The notes: generated by a model from the letters alone, not told the origin. Positions 18,001-27,527 are shown, counted from the stretch's first letter. The stretch is DNA of 64,000 bases from an uncultured Candidatus Saccharibacteria bacterium (GCA_964612745.1 CAZTCH010000005.1:5448-69447), one strand, 5' to 3'. Numbers and translations: made by a program.

Positions 18001-19121
18001 GAGCCACTACCATTCACTGCAGTAGCGTCTATAGAGCCGCCTTGCGCAATATTTGAATTTGAAATACTACAACTAAAAGGTGGGGGTAACACATCGACTA
18101 GCACAGAGTCGCTCGCGGTGCCCCCAGGGCCGGTACAGCTCACGGTAAAAGACTCATCTGCGGTGAGGTTATCAGAAGTATCACTCCCGCTCGTACCACC
18201 ACTCGTAGAAAAACCAGATCCTTGCGTAGCGGTACAACTTGTTGCATACACCGAAGTCCACGAAAGCACTGTCGAGCTACCGTAGTCCACAGGATTAGGC
18301 GCAGCGCTCAAATTAACTACCGGTGTAACCGAAGCGCTAGTACCAGTACACGTACTGGTTATACTCGAACCAGAATTTGGATATAGTTCTGCAGTAAAAG
18401 TAATTTGATTTCCCGTAGAAGGTCCTTCGTAGGTGAGCACTTTCGTACCACTCGCAGATGTGCCAACAGAATCACTGGCGCCACCATTCGGCCCCGTAAC
18501 ACCAACAGTTCCATAGCTACTACTTGGTGATGAATACGGTTCAAAAGACCAGTTCAAAGAAATATCCCACGTCTCTGCATACGTGCCCCAAAAATCACTG
18601 TACCCAATTGGTGTTGGCCCACTCGCAGTACAGCTTACAGAAAGTGGCGTCCCAGGAGGTGTATATGGTGGAGCAGAACAGCTAAAGGGAGATGAGTCTA
18701 CCTGAACACCAGCGCCACCACCAACTGGATACTCATATAAAACTGCCGTTCCAGCAAAAGAGCTCACTGGCCCTGACCCACTAAAACTTGGTGGTAAAGT
18801 AGACCCAGCAGACGGAGCAGGGTCAATATTCCACGATCCAGAATTTGTTGTAGCCGTACCACCAGCGCTCGCACCAAACTCGTACCCAGGAGTTGGCGAA
18901 CCGGAAATAGAAAAAGACACATCAACACTCCCCACTGTATTACTTGGATTAAAAAAAGAAGGGAAGTTACTAATAGAGCAACTCGCACCGGAAAGCGACC
19001 CAGCCGCTTTAACCGTATTCACATGAAAAAAATCAAGCCCTGAAACACCAAACAAAAATAAGACCAGAAGCAAAGAAGCTTGTAAGAAAATTTTGATTCT
19101 TGATTTTATTTTACGAGTCAT
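15096..19121 (-). CDS. Giant (1341-aa) secreted S/T/G-rich surface protein with tandem Ig-like modules and phage tail-collar (MdpB-like) repeats bearing H-x-H motifs
   Basis: An N-terminal signal/TM is present. There are two ~80-aa near-identical modules (NLSAAPNPVDYGSSTVLSWTS...SCTGPGGTASDSV and NLSASPNPVNYNAATTLSWNS...SCTGAGGTATDSV). The repeats AGAIALFDASVPSGWT...YLRGG...GGSATHTHT and AGMIAFFTGAVPSGWT...GGSATHNHG match the Tail_Collar consensus (G-I-x-F-x-x-x-P-x-GW...LRG...H-x-H). Confidence 0.55.
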   Translation of the reverse strand: MTRKIKSRIKIFLQASLLLVLFLFGVSGLDFFHVNTVKAAGSLSGASCSISNFPSFFNPSNTVGSVDVSFSISGSPTPGYEFGASAGGTATTNSGSWNIDPAPSAGSTLPPSFSGSGPVSSFAGTAVLYEYPVGGGAGVQVDSSPFSCSAPPYTPPGTPLSVSCTASGPTPIGYSDFWGTYAETWDISLNWSFEPYSSPSSSYGTVGVTGPNGGASDSVGTSASGTKVLTYEGPSTGNQITFTAELYPNSGSSITSTCTGTSASVTPVVNLSAAPNPVDYGSSTVLSWTSVYATSCTATQGSGFSTSGGTSGSDTSDNLTADESFTVSCTGPGGTASDSVLVDVLPPPFSCSISNSNIAQGGSIDATAVNGSGSFTWSTPGATSTWGSGAIIGAQYGNAGQFSVDVSTSAGQSAHCGDVTVNPAGPYVNLSASPNPVNYNAATTLSWNSGFVDSCTATQGPGFSTGGATSGSDPSSVLTSATTFTISCTGAGGTATDSVTVLVNGETPACTSSAPEATSTGSTSGTFYVYAYGVTGATAVVFPTWGDTGGQDDIIWYAGTNLGGGTWRASVNLASHKVGSPEYGTINVHIYMSSATVGNTWCGVANFTRNVSPVPDVVLSVNPTSGTYPASTTLSWTTTNAPTSCVASSSTNDWTGSKATAAGPNTESLVPTVGGHTYTIVCTNAYGTDSDTQSYTQNACGGCTTTGSITITPSSPCAITPPATSCSPTPQVSWSTTNTTYAQVLVSQYDPNTATYGPYTLFNSGCAANNPTGLPRSVSASGSVVEQYQFKLYAAADCFTLPGGSLTGTVVLLWDTASGAVPSGWTCISCNVGDPLYGKFPRASDSYGATGGTDTGSHTLTYQSQTAGASQSTGESSSGGFYPTNSHTHTWSNVTSSTDSIIPPYKHLKFISRTNPPSIPAGAIALFDASVPSGWTRYSSLDGTYLRGGPDANTGGSATHTHTFTATSSVDSGALRDTANNTTVATGHSHTIASTALTASSNTPPYIDVIFGQATADTAAPAGMIAFFTGAVPSGWTTVSGSSSSYYQRMLRGSASFGSTGGSATHNHGGSVVGTSGAPGNNNLVRSGFSANGSTSSHTHAVTYTVDSQNSVPAYIDIVLAKYTAFTLLDTEVLTGSLPGPWADLSLSNKDIVSVNGRAVSYNPTDGIAEADIGSASVAEGSPIEFAIHIVNSGTATVGGDFTVVDTLTNLGPPSAGWDDKTVTLNCNGIPCDRGDYVLNSVVYNPTLKQITFAIESQAKAGGLAQNEYLSIVYTAYAKGPTGTTASIFRFSNVARISYTDPVSAAGEEINCDSYPLSCSLRTPLVLFFRGLPVPFLKEVQ

Positions 19122-19263
19122 AGCTTAATGCGCAGTGCATATATTTAACACGTATAAGATTACTTTAAGTATATCATGCAAATACATACAAAACGAAAAC
19201 CCAGCCAAGAACGAATGCTAATAAATTAGCTTCGCTCAAGACTGGGTTGAAAGGGCAATATCG

Positions 19264-20376
19264 CTACTGCCGGTCAAATGAGAGATCTGAAACCAAGAGT
19301 TCAAGATAAGTTGAAGCGCAGACTTCTCCAACTTTAACTGTAACTACCCCTCTTGGTGTTAAGGTTGGATTAAGTTCCCGAGTGCCTAAATATAGTCGGT
19401 CCGCATAAAGGCCTGTAACTGCTGCGAAATCAACACCGTAGCGTAAAGGCGTGATTAATCTGCCACCGAAAACCACCAGCGGGTCTTTGATGTCAGTACC
19501 CGCTATTTGAAACGGATATGCAGCTGTAAAACCAGCAGAATAGCCATTCACTAGGCGAATCAAAGGTATGCGACCGTTGCCATAAAGCCGAAGCTGGCCT
19601 GCGGGCGCAGTTTGCGGCCCATCGAGCGGGAAAGAAACATTTTGCTTCAAGGTAGCATAGCCCCCGGTATCGGGAGCATAATAAACCGTTAAGGTACCAC
19701 GTCCTTGCAAACCTTCGATCGCTGATTTCAACGACACACGGAACCCCGCTGGAAGTTGTTGGCTAAATTTCTTTGCAGCAACTTCGATAAGATTGCCTGC
19801 GTCTTCGGCGACGAATAACACAACACCCGGCTCAAGAGCTGCGTAAGTTTGGAAAAATGGGGCAAGCTCGGAACCAACCGGTTCCAAACCTAGCACGGCA
19901 GGCGCAGAATCTAGTTTGTACCTATTGGTCACTTCTTGACGAAGCTGAGACAGGCTCGTTGTGACGTCTTGCATTACTTGCGGAGCACGAGTCGGCAAAT
20001 CTTCACGAGCAGGTGTATTGTTTCGCGTTGGGATTGACGGTGCTTTTGGTTCAACATAAAGCTGACCACAAAGCGCAATATCGCCGCCAACACTAATCAC
20101 AAACACATGCCTGAGTCCAGGTGCGGCATACTTTACTGCGACAGCTGAATTGGAAAGAGTTCTCATTTCAGACGTATCAGCAGTAAAAAAGTACCCATAC
20201 CCATCTGCGTCCACACCCCGACCACCATCCGCTTTTGCGACGACTGGTAGATCAGTTGTAGTGGTATATGCAGATAAGCTGCACGTAAGTGGCTTTTCTT
20301 GTGCAAAAGCAACTTGTTTCAGCGAAAGCAATGCGGCCATTGTGAGGACCGCGACGAAACCGATTTTCGTTTTCAT
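19264..20376 (-). CDS. Secreted hypothetical protein (signal peptide), first gene of the giant-protein operon
   Basis: The signal peptide MKTKIGFVAVLTMAALLSLKQVAFAQ is present. Confidence 0.5.
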   Translation of the reverse strand: MKTKIGFVAVLTMAALLSLKQVAFAQEKPLTCSLSAYTTTTDLPVVAKADGGRGVDADGYGYFFTADTSEMRTLSNSAVAVKYAAPGLRHVFVISVGGDIALCGQLYVEPKAPSIPTRNNTPAREDLPTRAPQVMQDVTTSLSQLRQEVTNRYKLDSAPAVLGLEPVGSELAPFFQTYAALEPGVVLFVAEDAGNLIEVAAKKFSQQLPAGFRVSLKSAIEGLQGRGTLTVYYAPDTGGYATLKQNVSFPLDGPQTAPAGQLRLYGNGRIPLIRLVNGYSAGFTAAYPFQIAGTDIKDPLVVFGGRLITPLRYGVDFAAVTGLYADRLYLGTRELNPTLTPRGVVTVKVGEVCASTYLELLVSDLSFDRQ

Positions 20377-20916
20377 ATCAAACTCCTAGAAAAATGAAAA
20401 TCGCGGCTGGGAATGCCGCGGCGTTAAAGGTTTACCCAGCTAGTCGCATGACTAGCCAAGCTCGTATTTGCAAAGTAGTATCAAAGCAGAAGACGTTCTG
20501 CTCAGACACTACTTTGCAAAGACCTTTAACAAACCGGACCACTTCAAATCTCTCTAAATAATATCCTCCTCAGGATAAAAAATGTACAAATTATAGCAAA
20601 AACACTCTGTGCTCTTGCTGGAAAAGGGCTTGTTTACAAGAAAACAAGGACTTTTCTAGCAAGGGTATTCTTTTTTTCTCACGGTTTTATGTTAATGCAA
20701 ACTATAGCACATAATCGTAAATTAGTCAATATCTGAGTATTTATTGGGTATTTTGTGAAAATTAAAAAAAAATACGCAAGGCGCACGGCCTTACGTAAGG
20801 AAATCACAACAAAACTTCATGGACAACGCACAAAACTACCCTCTCCACCCGACCTATCCTAATTCCTACATTTGGTACATTCATACGTTAGAAGAAGTGT
20901 ACTATATTTCGGCAAA

Positions 20917-21450
20917 CTACTCAAGAATTAAAAACCCAGAGAAATTCGTAAACGCCGCATCTTTTTGCACAAGCGTTACTACCACTCTCCCTGCGGGTTT
21001 TTCTGTTTTAAATGCAAACATGCTCGTCGTGTCGCCCAATCGGTAACTGAGCAGAGATTTGTTTTCCACAAGTCGAGAACGAAGCGAAGTATTTATAGTC
21101 GCAAGCGAACTGGGGATTTCTCTCTGAAAGGCATACCCTGTCTTCCCGCCTTCAAACACTACCTTAGCAACTTTACCTTCTACTTTCGTTTCCCCAAAAA
21201 AAGTAGTCACTGCAGCAGGTAACTCCCCTGTGGTAATTGTTTCGGTAGAAGTAACCCGAGGCATAACAAACTGCGCTTCTGCCGAACTCGTGCCAGTAGG
21301 TGCTGGAGTATTTTGCAATGCCGCAGCTTGCTCTTGTTCATTTGGCGCGACACTCTTTTTTGCACGAAACAAACGGGTCGAAACAAGACCCAAACCAATA
21401 ATTACGACAAACCCGAGGACTATTCCAACTATATATTTATTTTTATTCAT
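20917..21450 (-). CDS. Membrane-anchored hypothetical protein
   Basis: A single N-terminal TM (IVGIVLGFVVIIGLGLV) is predicted. Confidence 0.4.
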   Translation of the reverse strand: MNKNKYIVGIVLGFVVIIGLGLVSTRLFRAKKSVAPNEQEQAAALQNTPAPTGTSSAEAQFVMPRVTSTETITTGELPAAVTTFFGETKVEGKVAKVVFEGGKTGYAFQREIPSSLATINTSLRSRLVENKSLLSYRLGDTTSMFAFKTEKPAGRVVVTLVQKDAAFTNFSGFLILE

Positions 21451-21461
21451 ACGAATGCTTA

Positions 21462-21968
21462 TTACTGGACAGCCTCACCCACTGTTGGTACAGCAGCTTC
21501 TGCCACAATGGTCCCCGGTTGTGCACCAGTGCCACGCTTACTCACTACTAACTTTTCCACATCGTACACAGAAAGATCTGCTGCACCACCAAACAAATAC
21601 ACTTCTGTCTTACTCTCTACAGGTATAAACTTTCCGAGCAACACGAGAGTACCATCTGTTTGTTTTGCGTACGCTTCATACTGTTCTCCAGAAGAAAGCT
21701 TTGGAGCCGCTGTTAACCGCGCGCCTACAGAAGTCAAATCTGTTTTCAAAGTCATACTGCCATCACCTCGCACACCACTGTCCGCAACAGCAGCTAAGGT
21801 AAACCGTTTAACTCCCTTTTTTACAGACACTGCTGGCGTTTGTGAATTGACTTGATTTTGGCTCGCTAGATTGTTCCGAGCACGCCTGTCTTGCCAATAA
21901 CCATACACCCACGTTGCTGCTGCCAATATGACAGAACAGAGAACTATACCTACAATGACTTTCTTCAT
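21462..21968 (-). CDS. Membrane-anchored hypothetical protein
   Basis: An N-terminal TM (VIVGIVLCSVILAAATWVYGYW) is predicted. Confidence 0.4.
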   Translation of the reverse strand: MKKVIVGIVLCSVILAAATWVYGYWQDRRARNNLASQNQVNSQTPAVSVKKGVKRFTLAAVADSGVRGDGSMTLKTDLTSVGARLTAAPKLSSGEQYEAYAKQTDGTLVLLGKFIPVESKTEVYLFGGAADLSVYDVEKLVVSKRGTGAQPGTIVAEAAVPTVGEAVQ

Positions 21969-21979
21969 ATGAGTACTAA

Positions 21980-22831
21980 TTATTTTTGTTTTTCTGCTAA
22001 CGCTTGTTCTATCGCTGCTTTAAATTGTTCGTATGGCAGCGCTCCTACATACATTTTACCATTTACTAAAACCGTTGGAGTACCTGTAACCCCAATAGCT
22101 CTCCCCGCTGCAGTTTCTGCTTCTACTGCTGTTGTGAGTGTGCCTTGCTGCAAGCATGTGTTAAATGCGCCCTGCTGCAAGCCTACCTTACCTGCAAACG
22201 AGCGCAGCTTTGCGTCGGACAAAGCCCCTGCATTCTCTCCCGACTGCTGGGTAAATAAGTAGTCGTGGTACTCCCAGAACTTCCCTTGTGCTTTTGCGCA
22301 CTTTGCTGCAAGAGATGCCCTGGTAGACTCTTCGCCCAAAAATGCAAAATCTTGGTAGACAAAAGAGGCTTTACCAGTATCGATATACTCCGCTTTTATG
22401 CGTGGATACACTTCTTGTTGAAACTTCGCGCAGTATGGACATTGGAAATCGGAAAACTCTACGATCTCTACTGGAGCAGACACATCTCCCAGTCGTGGCG
22501 CGTCTGCTGGTGAAGTAAAAGATACTTGTTGTGGTGGTTGTGGGCGTGGACGAACCACCGCTTCAAGACTGACCAAACGAGCATTCATTTGCTGCAAGAC
22601 ATCTGCGGTCGCTTGGCTTTGTGCGGTTTGTGTCGCTATGACATAGTAGGTCGAAAGCCACCCCATGAGCAGCATGATTACCAACGCCACAGCAATGCTG
22701 TAGTACGCCACGCGAGCACTGCGCGCATGCACACCTGTAGACCCTAGCTGTTCAACCGCCTCGACAACTTCTTCGAGCTCGGCTACTGCACTTGTGTCAT
22801 CGCTTGTTTTTTTTGTGATTCGTACGTTCAT
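21980..22831 (-). CDS. DsbA-family thiol:disulfide oxidoreductase, membrane-anchored
   Basis: The thioredoxin active site FSDFQCPYCAKF (CxxC) lies after an N-terminal TM. Confidence 0.75.
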   Translation of the reverse strand: MNVRITKKTSDDTSAVAELEEVVEAVEQLGSTGVHARSARVAYYSIAVALVIMLLMGWLSTYYVIATQTAQSQATADVLQQMNARLVSLEAVVRPRPQPPQQVSFTSPADAPRLGDVSAPVEIVEFSDFQCPYCAKFQQEVYPRIKAEYIDTGKASFVYQDFAFLGEESTRASLAAKCAKAQGKFWEYHDYLFTQQSGENAGALSDAKLRSFAGKVGLQQGAFNTCLQQGTLTTAVEAETAAGRAIGVTGTPTVLVNGKMYVGALPYEQFKAAIEQALAEKQK

Positions 22832-22845
22832 GCAAATTTGGTTAG

Positions 22846-25326
22846 TTATTGGATTTCTTCAATCGTAGGCGTTCCAACAGGAAGCACCAGAATATATGGC
22901 GTAGTAAGCAGCAGACCAGTAACACCATTTACAAATGCTTGGTTGCGGAAACGGAAAGGCTGTCCCCGTTTATTGTTTGGTGCTTTTGTCTCTGCAGTCA
23001 GAAAAATAGTCCATACCTCCTGAGATCCTGCCGCCAAAGTATTTTTCCCTACTGGGGTAACGGTCATGCGAATTGTTTTTGTTGCGGCAGTGTACCCATC
23101 TACATTGACCGAACATTGATTACTGCACGCAGCAGTAATCTGGAAACCATTTTTTGGCTCGGTCATATTCGTAAGCACATCGGAAATAGCAATTGGACCA
23201 GCGATTGGCTCTGACCCACCATTCACCAAATTAATGGCAAAGGTCACCGCATCTCCTTCGCTTACTGGCAACGCAGGCTTTACTGGGCTGTCTTGGTCAT
23301 TATACGGATTGCACACGCCAACTGCGCACAAATTAATGGAGCGAATTTTTACAATATCTTTGTTCGATGGAGCAAGGTTTGCAGACCCACCACAAGGTAC
23401 TGGCAGCAAAGGCGAGCCGCTCGCATCTCTGGTTGCTACATACTCTACCGAGTCTAAGTACGCATACACACGATACCGCAGAGCAACCGTAGTGCTTGGA
23501 GCTGCAAACACTGTCTGGTATCGTTCACCATACGGTTGTAACTGTGCATTTGGAATATCTACTAATCGTACCCATGTTGCAGTATCGGGGTTGTAGTAAT
23601 ACACTCGATACCCAGACACAGCCCGTTCGGATTTGGTCCACACCGCTGCTATTTGGTTACAAGCTGGAGCAAGCCCTGCTGGTGCAGTGGCACCGTTGTA
23701 CACCCACGCGTCTACTAATGGTGGTAGCACCGGTGGTGTTGGCGTCACCAAAACTTCTACCACGTCTCGCGCCCGCCCACCTGGTCCGGTACATACAATC
23801 CCAAATACCGTCCGCCTCCCAACAACGACAGACTCTTGGCCAGCAACTGCGGTGCTGGTCGTCCACTCAGATTCTGCTTCACACTGTGTTGCATTTTGGC
23901 TCTGCCATGACACAACCACAGAGCTCCCTGTGACAACCGTTACAGGACCATCGGACCCGTTTGCTTTAATATCTACAGTTGGCACGTTCGGGCACGGTCG
24001 CTGCGTTACCACTACTGCGACACGCGCAAGTTCCACTCCGCTCGCCAGTGGGGTTACCAGCCGAAACTCCGTACCATTTTTTACCCACGAACCTGTCTCG
24101 CGCACTACTTGCCCATTGGCAGGAACTGTGGCGAACACAAAACCATCTGCTAAATTTGAATTATATACTCGTATTTCTGCAAAGGCAGAAGCAGTTGCAG
24201 TCACGGTTGTTATCCCACTGACATTCGGTTCACAAACAGAAATATTCGGCGCAGAAAGAGTACCTGTGTTTACAGAAGGCACAACAGAAATAGTCGTCGG
24301 CTCAAGCCCGCAACCATTCGCCCCCGTACTCGTCGTCCAACCAGATCCAGAAATCTCTGCAAGCCCAGCCCCGACTGCTGTAACCACGGCAAAGTTACTA
24401 CCGGTAGATACAGGAGCAATACTTACCTTATCGCTTGGACCGCTAAAGCTCCCACCAACCCAGCCAGTTGGCGCAAATACTCGAGTCGTTTTACCAACTT
24501 CTACGGTGTATGACTCTGCCACCACACGAAAACCAGTCGGGCACGGTGGTGTTACTGGACAAGTAATTGGTTTTGGACTACCAGATAACAACGTATTCTC
24601 TGAACCAGCCGTTGCATTAATCCCATATATGTAGACTTGGTGTGTTTGTCCATTTTTGAACACATCAGGTGTGGGAATAGTAAAACCATGGTTTCCAGAA
24701 ATACCAAAAGCAGCGTTCACATCGGGACGAGGCTGGTTCGCCAAAAAGCGACCCACAAAGCTCCCCTGTCCAACTGGACCATTGCGGTACAAATCTACGT
24801 AAATAGAATCATTCGGCGCATCTGGGTCAAACGCCCAACCAGAAATAGTCGCACAGGTGACTGCTTCAAAATTTCCTTTTGGTGTCTGATCAGGTGCAGC
24901 TTCTTCGCCACCACCAGAGCCTTGGCAAGAGCTACCACTCCCTGCAAGACCAGGCTCTTCGTGCGTGCTCGCATAGGCAGACCAAGGAGCCAGCACTGCC
25001 CCAGGCACAATAACTGTAACACTCGCAGACCCAGAGCCAGACCCGAAATTCAAACCAATCGCAACGTCTACAGTTGCATTTGGGTGCGCCCCTTCTGCAG
25101 TAGCGTTCGCACGAATTTCCCATTCAAAAATTTCACCCACTGCGTTACGATGTGCTTCTTGCTCACAGCTTACTTCAACATCAATAACTTGATCTGCTGG
25201 ATTTCCAAAAGCTTGTGCGGGTTGCACAGAAGGAAAAAACGTACCCAAAAGTAGCGCAAAACCCGCAATGCCGGTAACGCCAAGCAAAAAGGATCGAGCA
25301 AAACTATTTCTTGAAAACATCTTCAT
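22846..25326 (-). CDS. Large (826-aa) secreted hypothetical surface protein
   Basis: The signal peptide MKMFSRNSFARSFLLGVTGIAGFALLLG...AQA is present. The composition is Gly/Thr/Val-rich and beta-rich. Confidence 0.45.
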   Translation of the reverse strand: MKMFSRNSFARSFLLGVTGIAGFALLLGTFFPSVQPAQAFGNPADQVIDVEVSCEQEAHRNAVGEIFEWEIRANATAEGAHPNATVDVAIGLNFGSGSGSASVTVIVPGAVLAPWSAYASTHEEPGLAGSGSSCQGSGGGEEAAPDQTPKGNFEAVTCATISGWAFDPDAPNDSIYVDLYRNGPVGQGSFVGRFLANQPRPDVNAAFGISGNHGFTIPTPDVFKNGQTHQVYIYGINATAGSENTLLSGSPKPITCPVTPPCPTGFRVVAESYTVEVGKTTRVFAPTGWVGGSFSGPSDKVSIAPVSTGSNFAVVTAVGAGLAEISGSGWTTSTGANGCGLEPTTISVVPSVNTGTLSAPNISVCEPNVSGITTVTATASAFAEIRVYNSNLADGFVFATVPANGQVVRETGSWVKNGTEFRLVTPLASGVELARVAVVVTQRPCPNVPTVDIKANGSDGPVTVVTGSSVVVSWQSQNATQCEAESEWTTSTAVAGQESVVVGRRTVFGIVCTGPGGRARDVVEVLVTPTPPVLPPLVDAWVYNGATAPAGLAPACNQIAAVWTKSERAVSGYRVYYYNPDTATWVRLVDIPNAQLQPYGERYQTVFAAPSTTVALRYRVYAYLDSVEYVATRDASGSPLLPVPCGGSANLAPSNKDIVKIRSINLCAVGVCNPYNDQDSPVKPALPVSEGDAVTFAINLVNGGSEPIAGPIAISDVLTNMTEPKNGFQITAACSNQCSVNVDGYTAATKTIRMTVTPVGKNTLAAGSQEVWTIFLTAETKAPNNKRGQPFRFRNQAFVNGVTGLLLTTPYILVLPVGTPTIEEIQ

Positions 25327-25338
25327 AAGTATCTAAAT

Positions 25339-25878
25339 TTAACGGCCTCCAACTTCTAACAACGTCTTACCAGAAGCGGTATCTGTTTGTATGCTAACGC
25401 TCAGAGTAACGTCTGCCTTACGACCAGCCAACAAGTACTGTGTTTGCTCTGCCACATCCAGCGAAATTTGCCAACTATTACTCTGTAAATAATTTTTGTA
25501 CACCGAGTACACATCAAACGGCTTTGCGTCCACCAACCACTTGCGCACCCCTTGTGTATCCTCGCCCGAAGCAACTTCGAAGTTGTGTACTACTACTTGG
25601 TCGGCGTACACATATGGCAAATCTGTTGGCACATTTGCAGGAAGCTGTTCACTGCCAACCTCTGTCCGCACAGGAGCAACTGGCAGCTGATTCGTTTCTT
25701 TGAGCCACAGAGTACGCACAAAAAAGAGCACAGCAAGTACTACCACTGCAAAAACACCAAGCCAATATTTGTGCTCGTACCACCACATGCCCCAAGTTTT
25801 ATTTTGCAGTTGGAGTCGTTCACCAAATCCCCGAGTAGAACGGATTGATTCTGGTAACCCAGTGTCGTTTTGTTTCAT
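25339..25878 (-). CDS. Membrane-anchored hypothetical protein
   Basis: A TM (WLGVFAVVVLAVLFFV) follows a short N-terminus. Confidence 0.4.
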   Translation of the reverse strand: MKQNDTGLPESIRSTRGFGERLQLQNKTWGMWWYEHKYWLGVFAVVVLAVLFFVRTLWLKETNQLPVAPVRTEVGSEQLPANVPTDLPYVYADQVVVHNFEVASGEDTQGVRKWLVDAKPFDVYSVYKNYLQSNSWQISLDVAEQTQYLLAGRKADVTLSVSIQTDTASGKTLLEVGGR

Positions 25879-26420
25879 TTTTACACTACAATAAAGCTAG
25901 TTTTAGTATACCACACACAAATAAAAAAACGGCCTCAGCAGTTTGTTAGTTCTTAGAGGTAAACCCTCGTGTACGTTTTTACAAACGTACCAAAACTAAC
26001 AAATCACTGAGACCGAAACAGCTTCAAGCTAATACTTTCTGCAAAGCAACACAAAACCCACGGCTCCGAAAGAGGGCGCTAATATCTTTGAGGTGTATTA
26101 TGCTCTTTGCTTACATTTGCTACATATTGTTATAACGATCAATTTCTGTTGTTTTGTGTCGTTATAAGTTTGCTTAATCCACGAATGAGCCCCACCTCTT
26201 GGGCACTTTGGACTTGCCATAACACTCCTCCTACAGAATACTGGGAATTACTTTACTTCTCACAAAGCAAAGTGATAAATCTGCCGCTGTATAATGAGCG
26301 GTAGCGAATTGCGATTATAACCCACAAGCAGATTGCGGATTGCCTCTCGAAATCAAGTATCGTGCAAAAAAACACGAAACCTGAATGTACAACTTTCCCC
26401 CACTTTTGTCAACCTCTTAC

Positions 26421-26471
26421 CCGTTACCATGGTCACCTTCGTAACCGTTACGAAGGTGACCATGGTAACGG
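26421..26471. repeat. 51-bp palindrome with perfect 24-bp arms and a 3-nt spacer
   Basis: CCGTTACCATGGTCACCTTCGTAA ccg TTACGAAGGTGACCATGGTAACGG. Confidence 0.9.
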
Positions 26472-27015
26472 TGTTGGAATAGACAAATATAAAAGAGTTC
26501 GACCTAGGGCGAACTCTTTCGGTAAACTTTTCTCATCTGGGTATGAGTGCGTATCTGATATATATCAGATAAGAAAAGTTTTGTAGCCCCTCCTCGAAAT
26601 TTAGAGCTACGTTTCCAAGTTTTTGCCCGCACAAACGGCGAGCGGCAATAATTGTGTTTTTACCCTTTACAAGAGCGAATTTTAGTAACTTGAGAAAGCT
26701 ACAAAAACTTTTTTGAGTACACTGGCACTCAATCGCTCTCCGAAAAGGAGAAATATTTGGCAAAAAGCCAAAAACTAAATAAAAACACTAAAAAAACAAT
26801 AACTTGGATATTTAGTATACCAGCGTTCAGGTAAATAGCCAAGTGAAGAAACAGGAAACATGAGAGCATATAAGCATGCAAACATCTAAACAAAATACGT
26901 AAAATGCAGATGGTGCCCATCAACACCTATGTTGATGGGCACCATCTGCAAACAAGATAAATGCGAAAGCCATTCTTACTAGCAAAAATGCCCTAGGCCA
27001 ACTCAAACACCCGAA

Positions 27016-27049
27016 GGACCTAATTGTGACGGCCGTCACAATTAGGTCC
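27016..27049. repeat. 34-bp perfect palindrome with a GACGGCCGTC core
   Basis: GGACCTAATTGTGACGGCCGTCACAATTAGGTCC. Confidence 0.9.
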
Positions 27050-27106
27050 TAAGCGCAAAGAGCCTACGCCAACTCAATAGCAACAACAAATGGTATAATA
27101 ACGTAC

Positions 27107-27487
27107 ATGCACAAAAACCAACTCCCAACACTCAGTAATATATTTTTTCTGCTCCCTGCGTACTACGCTCTACACACGCACGTATACTGGTATGCAATCT
27201 TGGTCCTCAGTGCTTGCATTGTATCGACCGTGCACCACATTGTTGGCAAAAATAAACTATTACCTCTCGATAAGTTTTTTGCGTTTACACTTGTACTCGT
27301 AAATTTTTATTTACTATTTGCAGGTGGATTACTCCCCCTACACACCACCATCTTTGCGCTACTCACCGCAACTATTGCAACAACTTTGTTTGTATTGCAA
27401 CGGCGCAACTACTGGCTCATGCACAGCCTCTACCACTTCCTATCCGCCATAGTCTGCCTCCTCTGTCTGTACGTATATTTATATTAA
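27107..27487 (+). CDS. Small polytopic membrane protein (four TM)
   Basis: Hydrophobic helices run throughout. A terminator hairpin follows at about 27598-27627. Confidence 0.35.
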   Translation: MHKNQLPTLSNIFFLLPAYYALHTHVYWYAILVLSACIVSTVHHIVGKNKLLPLDKFFAFTLVLVNFYLLFAGGLLPLHTTIFALLTATIATTLFVLQRRNYWLMHSLYHFLSAIVCLLCLYVYLY

Positions 27488-27493
27488 AAACTT

Positions 27494-27527
27494 GGTCGTA
27501 AAGTAGACGGCCGTCTACTTTACGACC
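27494..27527. repeat. 34-bp perfect palindrome GGTCGTAAAGTAGACGGCCGTCTACTTTACGACC
   Basis: The palindrome is perfect. A near-identical copy (one mismatch) lies at 35749..35782. Confidence 0.9.

Noticed and set aside
23633-24634. 333-aa plus-strand ORF inside the 826-aa secreted-protein gene
   Set aside because: It is an antisense shadow ORF with S/T/P/A-rich low-complexity translation. The minus-strand gene has a signal peptide and operon context.
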